DNA of 64,000 nucleotides, the filler included, from Reticulomyxa filosa (taxonomy: Eukaryota; Protista; Foraminifera), in assembly GCA_000512085.1 (NCBI GenBank). It is 25 parts of 25 records of this genome, joined end to end, with 100 filler letters (N's around TTAATTAATTAA, not from the genome) between each part and the next. Parts side by side here need not be neighbours in the genome. Positions count along the whole stretch, not along the records: positions 10,786 to 16,406 come from ASPP01027171.1; positions 16,507 to 17,506 come from ASPP01040677.1; positions 17,607 to 19,168 come from ASPP01000843.1; positions 19,269 to 20,947 come from ASPP01022130.1; positions 21,048 to 22,565 come from ASPP01027230.1; positions 22,666 to 24,356 come from ASPP01038180.1; positions 24,457 to 28,743 come from ASPP01018996.1; 18 more parts are not named here. One strand, 5' to 3'. The notes under the pieces were generated by a model, which was not told where the DNA came from, did no database searches, and was given only the letters and a program-made list of their open reading frames with translations. Position numbers and translations under genes: made by a program. This document shows, piece after piece, positions 14,101 to 26,203 of this stretch. The number at the start of each line of letters is the position of its first letter. Within the stretch, counting starts at the first letter, position 1.

Positions 14101-15300
14101 TTGGTTGTGGAATGACTATTGGCGACTTTGCGCATTCTCGGACATATGCTGGATTCACATAGAGTATCGCAATGGAAGCTTCTGGGAAAGTTGCAATGAC
14201 AATATTATTATAATGACGACGAAACTTGGTCCATGTTCTTTTAGTCAATTGTTGCAAGATACTGGACTGGTGTTGTGTGCCACTATTTGTTTGCCGTTTC
14301 TATGTTCCAGAGACTTTGGCTCGGTGTGCGCGTAAGGGCTAATCTTGCTGCGCCATTTGTTACGAAGAGTAACAACATCGTAACAATCGATAATTGGATC
14401 AATGATTCAAAAGCCGCTCCACCATTTGGCGAAACAATGTAACGAATAGCTTCAATGCGTTGGGGGATCTGGGCCCTACTGGGTGGATATGTGGACAACG
14501 TCAGTGTAAACAGTCGATTGTATCATAATCACTCCATCCTCCTACCAAAGACGTCACTGTGGATACGAGTTATTTGGTTACCAAAAACAGAATCAATCAG
14601 ATTCGAGAAGTTGAAGAGTTGTTATTAACAAGGCCACCACTCAGAAATGATATCGCTATAGTGGACGAGCCTTTCAATGTTATCAACTTCCCCCGAGTCT
14701 GTTTAATCGTCCAAAATGAATAGTTGATGGGGCATTGCCATAACATTTGAAAGAATCAATTTACGTCATCACACAGACTTGTTGTTATTGTTGGCCATTT
14801 ATGTGCGCCGGCACCTTTCCTGTTATACCGGACGTTATAAATCGTGTTTGGGTCCATTACTTAAAAAAGTTTTTATATACATATATATTTTTTTTTTATG
14901 TACATATTCAATAACTATTATACGTATATTGATTATATATTTATATGTGTTACTTGAAATTTTTGAATATATGTTTCAAAGTGTACACTACATGAAGGTT
15001 TGGAATGCAGATGGACACGATGTTGCTTTTACATTGCCATTGGTGCCGCAGAGAATCTCCAGCAACAGCAGCAATAGCAGCAGTATCGATAGTTGTTGCA
15101 GTACATGAAAGTAAAAGAAGTTAGCAACATTGTAGTCGAATTGTTGATGGAAAATTAATATATCAAATTACGCAACCACACCACAATTTGTGTGCCTGCC
15201 ATTTCTCCAATGAAGCTAATTTGTTCATCATTGAACAAAGATCTATTTTAGTAACAGGTGCATCTAGTATTGATCATGGTATTGCGCTTTGAATGTCGTA
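11110..15300 (+). pseudogene. Long degraded gene relic with internal duplication
   Basis: Patchwork of coding-like ORF pieces (11836, 13064, 13447, 13731, 13861) interrupted by stops and frameshifts. Family not identified; boundaries approximate. Confidence 0.5.
12335..14185 (+). repeat. Diverged direct duplication of about 220 bp (about 12335-12565 and about 13972-14185)
   Basis: Shared blocks in the same order: caaacaRgaaga, ttccaagaSt, gggctatac, ttggattt, aaaaaaacYgttg, tttgctgYgtttggtWgtggaatg, tggcgaYtttgcgcRttctc, ttcacatagagt, caatggaa. Confidence 0.8.
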
Positions 15301-15932
15301 TAATTTTTTGTTAAAAAAAAGATCAATATCAAATGTAATGTAGCGCGTGATGGATTGAAAGAAAAATTTACAATTTGAAAGTGGTGAGCTGATTATTTTC
15401 ATGTTGATATACCCAACATATATTCCAAGTTATAGTGTTTTCTTATAATGTGATTGGAAAATTTGAAACGTGTATGATCAATGCACACATATATAACATA
15501 GATCTCCAAAGAACACAAGACTTGCCTGTCGAACAATTGGAAGTGGTTGCGATGCCAGCAAGAGCGAAGTAAAGTTCAAGTAACGTTAAAGTTAGTGGCA
15601 TTATTCGATCGCAAGGTGTTTCATATTTAAGTTGATCAAATTTTTTGCTCAAAAAATTTCTGACTTTTTGTGTTAATTGTTGTTTCTTGTGATATTTTTT
15701 TCGCAAATGATAATTCAATGTTCCAATTCTCCGCTCTATGATATCTTTATTATCTCTTTAGATTTCCAGCAAAAAATTTCTGAAATTGAACATTTTTGAG
15801 TTTTTCATTTCATTATGACTACAGTGATTATTAAATCTGTCATTAAGTTTTTTTGACCCAACTTTCTGTATTCTATTTCATTGAATTATTTGAGTTTTTG
15901 TTGATTTATTTATTAAAAAAAACTGTACATAC

Positions 15933-16163
15933 AATAAAAAAGTAATTATTGTTGGAGATACTGGAACATCAAAAACATTGTCAATTCAAATTTTCAAAAA
16001 CAACTTAACTGAACCCAATCATATCATTTCGATAAAGAAATTAGCCAAAGAAAATATTAATCTCTCAATTAAACCTCTTCATATTGTTACATTTCAGTGT
16101 ATTCAAGACAGCAAACCATTTGGAATTGAAAAATGATGGAAACAAGCCAAGAGCAAAGAATAA
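15933..16163 (+). pseudogene. RNF213/mysterin-like AAA+ ATPase module fragment
   Basis: Hand translation, not in the ORF track: NKKVIIVGDTGTSKTLSIQIFKNNL...KPLHIVTFQCIQDSKPFGIEK*WKQA. It has a GxxGxSK[TS]L Walker A variant plus the FQC-x5-GI motif of RNF213-type AAA modules. In-frame TGA at 16134. Confidence 0.65.
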
Positions 16164-16506
16164 TTGTATTCACATTCCAATGATTGAATCAGTTTTTTAT
16201 CATTTTGATAATGTCATTATCCAATTTGTGCTATTGTTATCTCTTTGCAAAAATGATATCAACCTCTCAGATATCATTGAAACATTATCGAAAGCAGATA
16301 AAAAACCATTGGATGAATTGATGGCAGTGGCAGTGATATTGGGCAATTCTTTCTTGCGATATTTATCGCAAGAGAGTAAAGAGCAAGAATTTGTATTCAA
16401 AATGGANNNNNNNNNNNNNNNNNNNNNNNNNNNNNNNNNNNNNNNNNNNNTTAATTAATTAANNNNNNNNNNNNNNNNNNNNNNNNNNNNNNNNNNNNNN
16501 NNNNNN

Positions 16507-16880
16507 ATGGAAATTTTGTGTTCGCCTTGCCGAAATAAATATAACTAGAGTAATATTAGGCGTGGTCTCGTAAGGCCATGTTGTGACCTCATTTGGATTC
16601 GTTTTGAAAAGTGTTTCGTTAGTTTGTTGGTTAAAAATATGAACGGATGTTAATTCATTGCTGCCTTTGCTTAAGAACAATCCAATTCCACACAAATGAA
16701 TAGAACGATCGCATTCAAAAGATATAGCATCAACAAGACCACCACTTTTGTTTCCTCACTACCAGTAATAAAAACCACGTCACTGAATTTAGGTTCAGTT
16801 ATTAATCTCTGTACATTTTATCCATTGTATAGTCCATTGGCATCACCAGGTAAGAATCGATCAAAGAGGTTTATTTCATT
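16507..16880 (-). pseudogene. BTB-PHR (BTBD1/2-like) gene relic with internal deletion
   Basis: The minus strand reads LITEPKFSDVVFITGSEETK (BTB start), joined out of frame to SGGLVDAISFECDRSIHLCGIGLF (PHR domain start). There is an in-frame TAA upstream. Confidence 0.65.
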
Positions 16881-17042
16881 TTATACTATAATGGTTTTGT
16901 ACTTATCCCTTTTTATTTTACCAATTTAAAAACAAAATGAGTCCACAAAACACTACTTCTCATATTCATTTTTCTGCTATAATGGTTTTGTACTTTTCCC
17001 TTTTTATTTTACCAATTTGAAAACAAAACATCACTTCTCATC
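16874..17042. repeat. Tandem duplication, two diverged copies of about 80-90 bp
   Basis: ctataatggttttgtacttWtccctttttattttaccaatttRaaaacaaaa...acttctcat occurs twice in tandem. Confidence 0.85.
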
Positions 17043-18052
17043 AAGTGTAGTATCACATTAGTTATGGGTTCTGAAATCAAAAGTAAATTCTGAACAAAAA
17101 ATATTTATTCTTTCATTGTAAAAAAATCCATAACAGTACTGTTTACTTTGATATGCAGTTTTGAAAATTGTGTTCGCTCATTCATAATCACAAAACAAAA
17201 AAATTAATGAAAGTTTTCCGAGATTTGTTTACTTTTTTCACAAGCTCGTCACAGTTGAATTTCTTAATAACAAGAACACGGCACTGAAAAAAATATATTG
17301 AGTATCAATATTTTATGAATTCAACAATTCGAAAACAAGAACTCAGATTATTCGTGAAGAGCCTAATTTTAACAACATGATTAATATAGATAAACAACAT
17401 TTGATTTAATCAGTTTTTTTTTGTATTTAAGTCTAACCAAGACTTAAATTTAGTTTTTCGCTGTTGTCGATGTTTTTTATTTTTTTATTGGGCTAGTGGT
17501 ATTTAGNNNNNNNNNNNNNNNNNNNNNNNNNNNNNNNNNNNNNNNNNNNNTTAATTAATTAANNNNNNNNNNNNNNNNNNNNNNNNNNNNNNNNNNNNNN
17601 NNNNNNTGATTAAACAATTGTGTCTTGAAGAAAATGTACGTATTAGATGAGTGTATTATAAAATATTTGTTCTCTATTCTAACCACTAAATTCCAAAACA
17701 ATCAATCGAAAATATGTCTAAACTTACTTTTAATATTTCCTAAAAATCTCTCATAATTTTATTTGTTTTAGTTTAATTTATCGCTTTATGTATAATGTTA
17801 TTCAAAATGACAATGTTGTCAGAATTAAGTGTTGGCAAACATTATTTGATATCACACAATTTTGTAAATTAGTTTTAATAATTTGTTATTAAGATACTTG
17901 ATTGTCTTTTATTTAAGTCACTAAATAACAAGCAAAAAGGAAATCAATTATTGCCACGTAAAACAATTTATTTTTTTTTTTCAAAAGGGTTATACAACGT
18001 CCCTTTTTAAAAAAGTTTAAAACTTAAAAAAAACTTCAATAACATTAACGAA

Positions 18053-19168
18053 ATGCATAATCGAAATACAACTTACTTTCAAACTTTGAAGGAATTGCCC
18101 ACTCCATTTGAACAATCTCAATGTGTACTACACAAATATGAACTCCTTATTTGTGGAGGTGCATATAAAAGAGCTTGTTATTCTTATCATATACTTAAAA
18201 ACAAATATAAGTTTATCTGTCAGTATCCAAGTGATATTGACTTAGTTGGACACTGTGTAGTGAAATTGATAAACAATGACAAAGATAATCAAATCACTTT
18301 ATTGTCTTTTGGTGGATATTGTAAACATACATTGGTGATGAAATATGTAAGTGTTTGGAATGATGACAACAATAATTATAATGAAAATAAAACGAATAAA
18401 TCAAATAATTATAATAAATGGATTCCTTTCACAGACAATCACAATCATCCAATTATCATTGGAATAGAAAGAGATAATGATGATTACGAAGGAGTGCGTG
18501 CATTAATTGGTGGAATCAACAATCATTTATTATTTATTACTTATTTTATTAATAATATTAGTGTATTTGATTTAAATACATTTCAATATATTAAACATAC
18601 TACTTTACCAACTGATAATGAAATATATTATCATTGCTTTGTATCAAAAGAAATGATGAAAACAAATAAAAAAAATAAACAAAATTATCAAATGCTGTTA
18701 TTTTGTAAAGAGACAGGATTATCAATTGAATATGATGAAGATAATAACACTTTTCAATTTTATCAATTATATGTTTGTCATGATATTGCACCATTATTTA
18801 GATATGCATATGTTTATATCAATAATATTATTTTATTCTTTGGTGGATATGGTAATGGAGTTTCAAAATCAGTACATATGTATTTAATTCAAGAAAATAA
18901 ATGGATGATATTTAAAAATACTTTACCCAGTCCACTACGTAATTGTGTTGCAATATTTAATGAAGAAGACAATAATATACATATTATTGGAGGAATCAAT
19001 GATAAAGATATAAAAGTATCAACTCACATGAAGACAAAAGTATGTTTATGGGATCCTTCACAGTTGGTAATGATTTGTTTATTTATTATTTATTTATTTT
19101 GATAAACACAAATAAATTATATTACTAACACAAGTAATAAATAATGAACAGTCAAAAAAGGAAATGAA
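18053..19168 (+). CDS. Kelch-like beta-propeller protein of an expanded family, 3' end truncated
   Basis: 349-aa ORF with repeated hydrophobic-GG motifs (LLICGG, LLSFGG, ALIGG, ILFFGG, IHIIGG) and W motifs. Intron 19067-19151, then exon SKKEM to the contig end. Paralogue at 37354. Confidence 0.85.
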
Positions 19169-19268
19169 NNNNNNNNNNNNNNNNNNNNNNNNNNNNNNNN
19201 NNNNNNNNNNNNTTAATTAATTAANNNNNNNNNNNNNNNNNNNNNNNNNNNNNNNNNNNNNNNNNNNN

Positions 19269-19688
19269 GGTATGCTTTTTCTCTTAACGTATGCTCTTGC
19301 TTCATTAAAAACACAATTGCACTTTGCAAAAAGTTCTTCTTAATGTACTCGTATTCATCATTTGGATAGTCCTTTTTTATAAACTTTTTCAAAATTTCCT
19401 CTAAGTCTCGAAGTGTGACCCTTTACATCTTCTTGTTCTATAGTTTGTAACAAACAATTTTCAAAAAAAAAAACCAGCTGAGGGATACTTATACTTTTTA
19501 AAATTCAAACACATTTCTAATGCAACAAGTTGTTTTTGTTTTGTTTTTTTAATTATTTGCGTTTCGACGTTTTTTCAAGCAAAAAAAAATTGCATACCAT
19601 TGCGAAAGCAATTGATGATACCTTTGCAGCGATTTTGCAACTGTTTCAAAGATGTTTGTGTCTTTTCTGCATTGTCGTTACTTGTCAT
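19269..19688 (-). CDS. Hypothetical protein, 5' exons
   Basis: ATG at 19688 (MTSNDNAEKTQTSLKQLQNRCKGIINCFRN), GT-AG introns, exons MCLNFKKYKYPSA and ...VTLRDLEEILKKFIKKDYPNDEYEYIKK. One apparent frameshift. Confidence 0.4.
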
Positions 19689-20397
19689 TTTTCAGTTTCT
19701 TAGTTATCGCTTTTTGCCAAAAATCATAAACCGACACTGTCTTCCTTGGTTGATTATTAGGTCCTGAAATTTCGGATTGCAACTGAAAACACAAATTGGT
19801 GAAATTTTAACAAATGAAAAAAAGAAAGAGTTTAATGTAAAAGCCAGATATTCACTCTAGGATATAGTGCCAGCGAGGCACCCTTATTTTGTAAAAGACA
19901 TGTCGCCAATGGCGAAAATGTTTACACAATACTTGACACGCCGTGCACCAAAGGGACTATCGTTTACTCACTGCGACCGAAAGTACAACAAAGATACTGC
20001 CAATGGACATAAGTCCTGTCGATACTTCTGTACCTCCAATGTATGGATACAAATTCAAAAATTGAATACTGCGATGATTTTAGCTAAATTGTGTCTTTGC
20101 TTTTTTTTTGTCATTGATAAAAAATAAAAAAAGGAGATGTTTTTTAATTCAAAAAACTGTTTTCATTTTTTGTTTTTAGAACGTGGTTTGGGTCAGTTTA
20201 AAAACATATTTTATTTGCCGATCTGTTGCTAGTGATCTTTCAATAAATATTTTTTTTTTATTTTCACATGTCCTAAGAACAAAAGAGGAACCAAAAACAT
20301 TAAAAGAAAAGAAAAACGAGAACAATTTCATTTAAGAAAAAAAAACAATGTTAAAAAGATGTTTTTTTATTTTATACAATTTCAATTTTGTAAACAA

Positions 20398-20939
20398 ATT
20401 ATTCTTTTTCGGCTTCTTGTTTTTTCTTTTTCTCTTTTTTCTCAACATCTATATCATCTGCTCCTTCTGTTTTTTCCGACTTTTCGTCTTTTTCAGACTT
20501 TTCACTTTTTTTCTTTGTCTTTTTTGTCTTTCTTTCTTTGTTTTTTCGTTGTCATCGTCTCCGCTCTTATATTGTCCATTCACACAAATACATACATATA
20601 CATATGTATAATAAATATACTTTTGTTTCTTAAAAAAAAAACTACGTTTATAATATTTTTAAAAAAAAAAATTCGTACCACTTGAAAATTGTATTCCAAA
20701 ATAGGTTCAGTTAATTCATTGTGAAACTCTTTAATTTTGGTGTCCATATTGAACACCTTGATGACAATGAGCATAAAAATTTTATCAACATTTATTGATT
20801 TAGCAGACGAGCAATACACCAATGGAGCATGCATTTTTTGAGCAAATTTTCGAGCTTGAGCTGTCAATTGCTGTTTATACGTATCTGGAAGTCCATCAAA
20901 CAGATCATATTTCGTTCCAATTAGGAATGGCATAAACAC
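20398..20939 (-). CDS. SPG1: Tem1/Spg1 septation/mitotic-exit GTPase, 3' exons
   Basis: PFLIGTKYDLF...QARKFAQKMHAPLVYCSSAKSINVDKIF...EPILEY is diagnostic of Spg1/Tem1 (GTKYD G4 motif, SINV.KIF). An intron after NFQV leads to a K/E/D-rich tail exon whose frame is uncertain. Confidence 0.88.
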
Positions 20940-21794
20940 CTTTTTTTNNNNNNNNNNNNNNNNNNNNNNNNNNNNNNNNNNNNNNNNNNNNTTAATTAAT
21001 TAANNNNNNNNNNNNNNNNNNNNNNNNNNNNNNNNNNNNNNNNNNNNCTTCAACCCCTGTGTTTTTCTTTGGAGGGTGGGACGTATAATTTTTTTATTTT
21101 TATTTTTTTTGATGGACGGGCTGCAGCTGTTATTGAAATCACACAAAGTTAATTATGTCAAAAAAAAAACCAAAAAAAAAACAGATAACAAACCTTATTT
21201 TCTCCTTGCGGAGACGGGGGGCCTTGCCCGTATTCATTTTTTTTCTTCTTTTGTTGAAGGATGCACAACATCCAAATAAGAAGACCATTTTTTTTTTTTT
21301 TTGCAAAGTTTGAGAACTGTTGCAAAAACAAACACATTTTTTTTTTAGTTGCAAAATTATTTGAAAAAAAGAGAAAAAGATTTACCAGTTGGAGAGGGTG
21401 TATATCACCCTAGTTACAAGCTGGTACGAGAGACGACAACAACAAAAAAAAAAGACCTTTTTTTCTTGATTAAGACATAAATGTCCAACTCATAAATGTT
21501 TATAAAAAAGATGCCAATTTGCAATTTTTTTTAATATTTTCACATTTTTGACAAAATAACTTTCAAAAAATAATTGTTCAAATTTTTGTATAAACACATT
21601 GCAATGTTCGATAATTCTGGAGCGGACTTAATATTTTGATAAACTTTTAACAAGCTTCGATTTGAAAAATTATTTAATTGGCTTTTTGCTCTTAAGTTAT
21701 TAGCGAATTTTTCATTTTGGGAGACTGAGTATTGAGTTAGTAAATAAATAAAAAAAAATTGACATTTCACAACTAAAAACAAGAGTAGAAAAGA

Positions 21795-22565
21795 TCACAT
21801 TTCTACTGCAAAGCGAACAAGTGATAGTTCTTTTTGTTCATCGATTGAAGCCGACGATTCACACAGCGGATGTGTAGAATATTGCGGCATAATTACTCTG
21901 CGTATTCGTTTACTGAAATTACACAGACTCTGGTGCAAGGTGAATGAAGTAAAAACTACCATATCACCAATCCTTGGTGTCAATTGTTGCACTGAATCTT
22001 GTAACCCTGCAGTAGTCTCAATGTTGCTGTACACTTTACCACATTTTAGGTATAAATTATTATGTTTCGACAAATTGTTTGATACGTTCCAATCAAACGC
22101 TTTTCCATTTTCAAACGGTAACATGAACAAAGACCCATTCTCCTACAGCAAACATATGAAATAAGTCTCTCCTCCATCTCACTACCTTATGGAGAGACAG
22201 AGCCATCTCTTTTTTTTTTAAAGAAGGTGATAAAAACAAAAATTAAAATAAAAAACTTTTGTGATATGGTCCAATGGAATCCACACGCTAATGTATAAAA
22301 AAGGTTCACTCAAGTATTCACTATCCTTTGTCAAAGCCCGCCCCCACCATCATCACCCATAATTTGTGATTAGTCTTGTGTTTAAGGGTTAGACAACAAA
22401 AAAAGATGCGATGATAATAAAAGTAACTTGGTGCCATCGAAAAGCAGAGTCCGTTGAATTAGAGGGTTTCACAATGTATTGTTCATTCAGCAAATACATT
22501 TTTTTCGCTTTGGTCAGTTGGCATAATATCGATTTCATCCATTCACCTGTTTCATATTGTTATCG
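21795..22565 (-). CDS. Phytanoyl-CoA dioxygenase (PhyH) family Fe(II)/2OG dioxygenase, 3' part
   Basis: Exons LLNEQYIVKP...AFRWHQ (intron before the expected Asp), ISVWIPLDHIT, GSLFMLP...GDMVVFTSFTLHQSLCNFSKRIRR give the Hx(D)...H...R signature. Confidence 0.85.
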
Positions 22566-22665
22566 NNNNNNNNNNNNNNNNNNNNNNNNNNNNNNNNNNN
22601 NNNNNNNNNTTAATTAATTAANNNNNNNNNNNNNNNNNNNNNNNNNNNNNNNNNNNNNNNNNNNN

Positions 22666-24356
22666 TTATATAAGAAACAATAAATAAATATAAACATACA
22701 CATACCATTATTTCTTTTTTCTGATACAGGGTAGATTTCAACCCCAGTAATTTTTTTTGTATGTGTGAAGGGGGAGGGCATAAATTATACGTTTTTACAG
22801 GACGGGGGAACCTATATTATAAATTATACAACATTTAAATATATTCAGAAAAAAAAGATCAATCGAACAAACCTCTTTTTCTCCTTTCGGAGACGGGGTT
22901 GGTTTCTACCCCATTTCTTCTTCTTTCTTCTCATTGCGTTGGAGGGTATTCTATTGTAAATAAACACACAAATCATATTTATAAATAAACATAAATGAAA
23001 AATAAAAGACTTTACCTTCTCTTGGTGCTTCATATTGCAATGCACCACTCGCATTGCAAACCACAACAGGATGTGGTACGCATGTAATCTTCCAATCTAT
23101 ACAACAATTTGCCACATCTTGTTTTCCATATCCGAGCTCCAATAGTATTTCCTATACATAAGTAACAAACAAAAGAATAATGTTTATTATTGTAATAACA
23201 AAAAAAAAAACAAAGATAACTTGGCAGCATCACATGATATCGTCGACGTTTTGTATTTGGATGGTCAATTGTCATTATTTGGAAGTTGGTAAGAGAGCAT
23301 TTTCCCACTGTTAGGAGCCGGATCAATATGTGGATGCAAGCGAGTCATTTTGTGTCCATGAGAGTGTAAATTTGTGTTGACGGCTTAAGTGCCATTGGAG
23401 TCCAAGCATTTGAGAAAGGAGCGCTGACTTGCGTAAAAGAAAATGGTCATCACGACCGACTTGCAATATAATTGCTCGTCAGAAGCGTTATGACCTTTGC
23501 CATTTGCGCCAACAGCGCTTCTATCATCTTAAAAGCATGGACTGCGCAATCGAACAATGACGACTGACTTTTTGTTAACAGCAGTTGCAGCTGGTTGGAC
23601 AATTGAAGTCTCCATTGTCGTCTGTCCATGTTCAATTATAAACGGCACCGCATCATCGCAAATAATTTTGGACCTGCATTATTGTATGATTTATACAAAT
23701 TTTTTTGTTTGTTTGTTTAATTTTTTTAAAAAAAGAATTAAAAAAAATAACTTAACATTGCAGTTTTGGACAACAATTTTAAAATTGCTGGCGAAGTTGT
23801 GCGAGTCGACCATAAGAGTATGAGCAGTGATATATTGAAAAAGTAAGTTTGCTGCAAATAGTATTGGCTGAGCTCTGTGTTGGTGGAGGAGTGGTGCCAT
23901 GAACAATCTATTGCGAACAATGTCTTGGATCTTATATTTGCTCCGGATTGTTGACATAGTTTGCACGATTCATTCAATTGTGGTGTCCTTATAATCGTTA
24001 CTTTGCCATTTGTCAATACACTATTTATTATTTTTTTTTAAAATATGCTTTTAAATCAGATCAATCTATTTACAATCACTCCTTACACTTACTATCTCTT
24101 GGTATACGTAAACCTCCCTTTTTTTTCATGAACAATTTTTTTTCCATTTGTTCTTTATATCCCTGTTATTTACCTGTATATAAATGCATCGAAGGTCAAC
24201 TTGTAAGACGTCGAGAAGATACTCGAATTGTATGTAGACATATTCATGGCCGACGTTTTCGTATACAAATTTTTATTGAATTGCTTTGTATTGATCATCA
24301 CATTGTTCTGAGGGATACGTATAATTTTGTTTTCTAATGATGTCGACTCTTTGTTG
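22666..24356 (-). pseudogene. Degraded intron-containing gene of unknown family
   Basis: Coding-like blocks (IQDIVRNRLFMAPLLHQHRAQ; SKIICDDAVPFIIEHG; VANCCIDWKITCVPHP) with stops and frameshifts, separated by GT-AG introns. Confidence 0.4.
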
Positions 24357-24456
24357 NNNNNNNNNNNNNNNNNNNNNNNNNNNNNNNNNNNNNNNNNNNN
24401 TTAATTAATTAANNNNNNNNNNNNNNNNNNNNNNNNNNNNNNNNNNNNNNNNNNNN

Positions 24457-25171
24457 TATACATATACATATATATATATTTATGTATGTATATGTATATG
24501 AAAAAGGGGACACTAAAATAAACTTAACAATATCGAGGTAATCATTTGGAATATATCCTTTTTGCGACATGTCAACAACACTTGGTCTTCTCCTCAACTT
24601 TGACTTTAATTTTTCAATTTTTTCGTTCGTTTCTCGACGCTTCAACTCGTGGGCTGTTCCCACATCCTTGTGTTATTTTCCATGTCCCACCCCACCCCTT
24701 TGTGTCCTTTTGCACAAATGACACATATATGCATATATATATGTATATGTATTTTTTTTTTTATAAATAAAAAAGACAAACATAGTCAATGAATTCCGAA
24801 GGTAGAATGTTAGTCTTTGCCAAATCTTGAATTGACCTTCGGCGTGGCAAAAAGTCTTCCATTGTAGTCCAACCACCTCTCGTAGCATTTTCAATCGTTG
24901 CGAATTTTCTTTCTTTTTTTTTTTTTTTTTTTTGTTTTGTTTTGTTTTTGTTGATTCCATGTAATGTCCATAATCGTCACACAAAAAAAAAGAAAACCAA
25001 CAGGATTTTGAAAATATCTGGGAGGAACGATTCCACCACCTTCCAAAGCAACTTGAGAAGGTCTTTCCTTCAGAAATTTTCCTAACAAATATCCTATCTT
25101 CTCTCGTTTCACTTCCACTGCATCATAGGCACTTCTCTTTTATATATATGTATATTGTATATATAATATAC

Positions 25172-25202
<31 letters not shown>

Positions 25203-25899
25203 ATATTATATATATACATATGTATATGTATATTATATATAAAGCTGAACAGGGTCATCGAAATATTTTGGAGGTACAACTCCCCTTGATTCGACTTGCG
25301 CTTGAGATGGTCGGAGTGATAGTCTTCGTTGCAATACTTTACCAACTTCTTCCTATTTATTATTTGTTCATTTTTATTTGAAAATGCCTGGCCATGTCGC
25401 ATTTGATAATTATAGTGTTACTAACAATACCAAAAAAAAAAAAAAAAAAGTTAGATTGACCAGATTGGGGTCGTCATTGGAATTGGAAGATTGAGGTAGA
25501 ACACGTGTTGTCACTGATGAAGAATGATTTCTGCCACGGACGGATTCGATCAAGCCAGGCGAAGTCACTCGAACTACACCTTCTCTCGGTGTGAATGTTC
25601 CGTGCTTGGCTCTACAATTGAAGTAACTTATCCCATTGAAATTCCCATCTGTTCCTTCCTCTACTTCGTCATCGAGCTCTATTCCAACCCATTCGCCTCC
25701 TTCGTTGTCCAGTGGTCCCACGTATCGAACTGTTCCACGAAGTTGATCTATCCCAGGTTTTTTTTCCCCCCATATTACTTCCTTTGAAACCGTTTTGGTC
25801 AATTATTATTCATTTTATTATGTACAAATGAAACACACCTGCCAACGTCTCCACACGTTCGCCTACTTTCAAGGACCATTCAGATGACCAGTTCGACAT
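24457..25899 (-). CDS. CAP-Gly domain + RPEL-like repeat protein, 5' part
   Basis: ATG 25899 (MSNWSSEWSLKVGERVETLA). CAP-Gly: GTVRYVGPL...WVGIELD...GTDGNFNGISYFNCRAKHGTF. Then four RPEL-like exons: HLKRKSNQGELYLQNI, FLKERPSQVALEGGGIVP, FLPRRRSIQDLAKTNILP, KLRRRPSVVDMSQKGYIP. Confidence 0.85.
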
Positions 25900-26203
25900 T
25901 GGATTTTATTGCTTTTGTAGATTGTACAATTTTTACCCCTCACTAAGTTACATCCAAGACTGTTGAAGTGAAAAGTGTAGTTGGCTTTATGGTTTGTGGT
26001 AACCAACAGTTAAAACTTAAAAAAAATGCTACAAAACAACAATAAACATTAAATATAGCCTAATTTTAAAAGTAAACACAAATTTAAACAAAAATAAAAT
26101 AAATGTGCAGTTTAATATTTGTAAATGAAATGTTTTTTAAACACGGTATAGTCAACAATCAAAGTAGGGTCAGAGGGTGAACGTAGATGATAAAAAAATA
26201 ATA

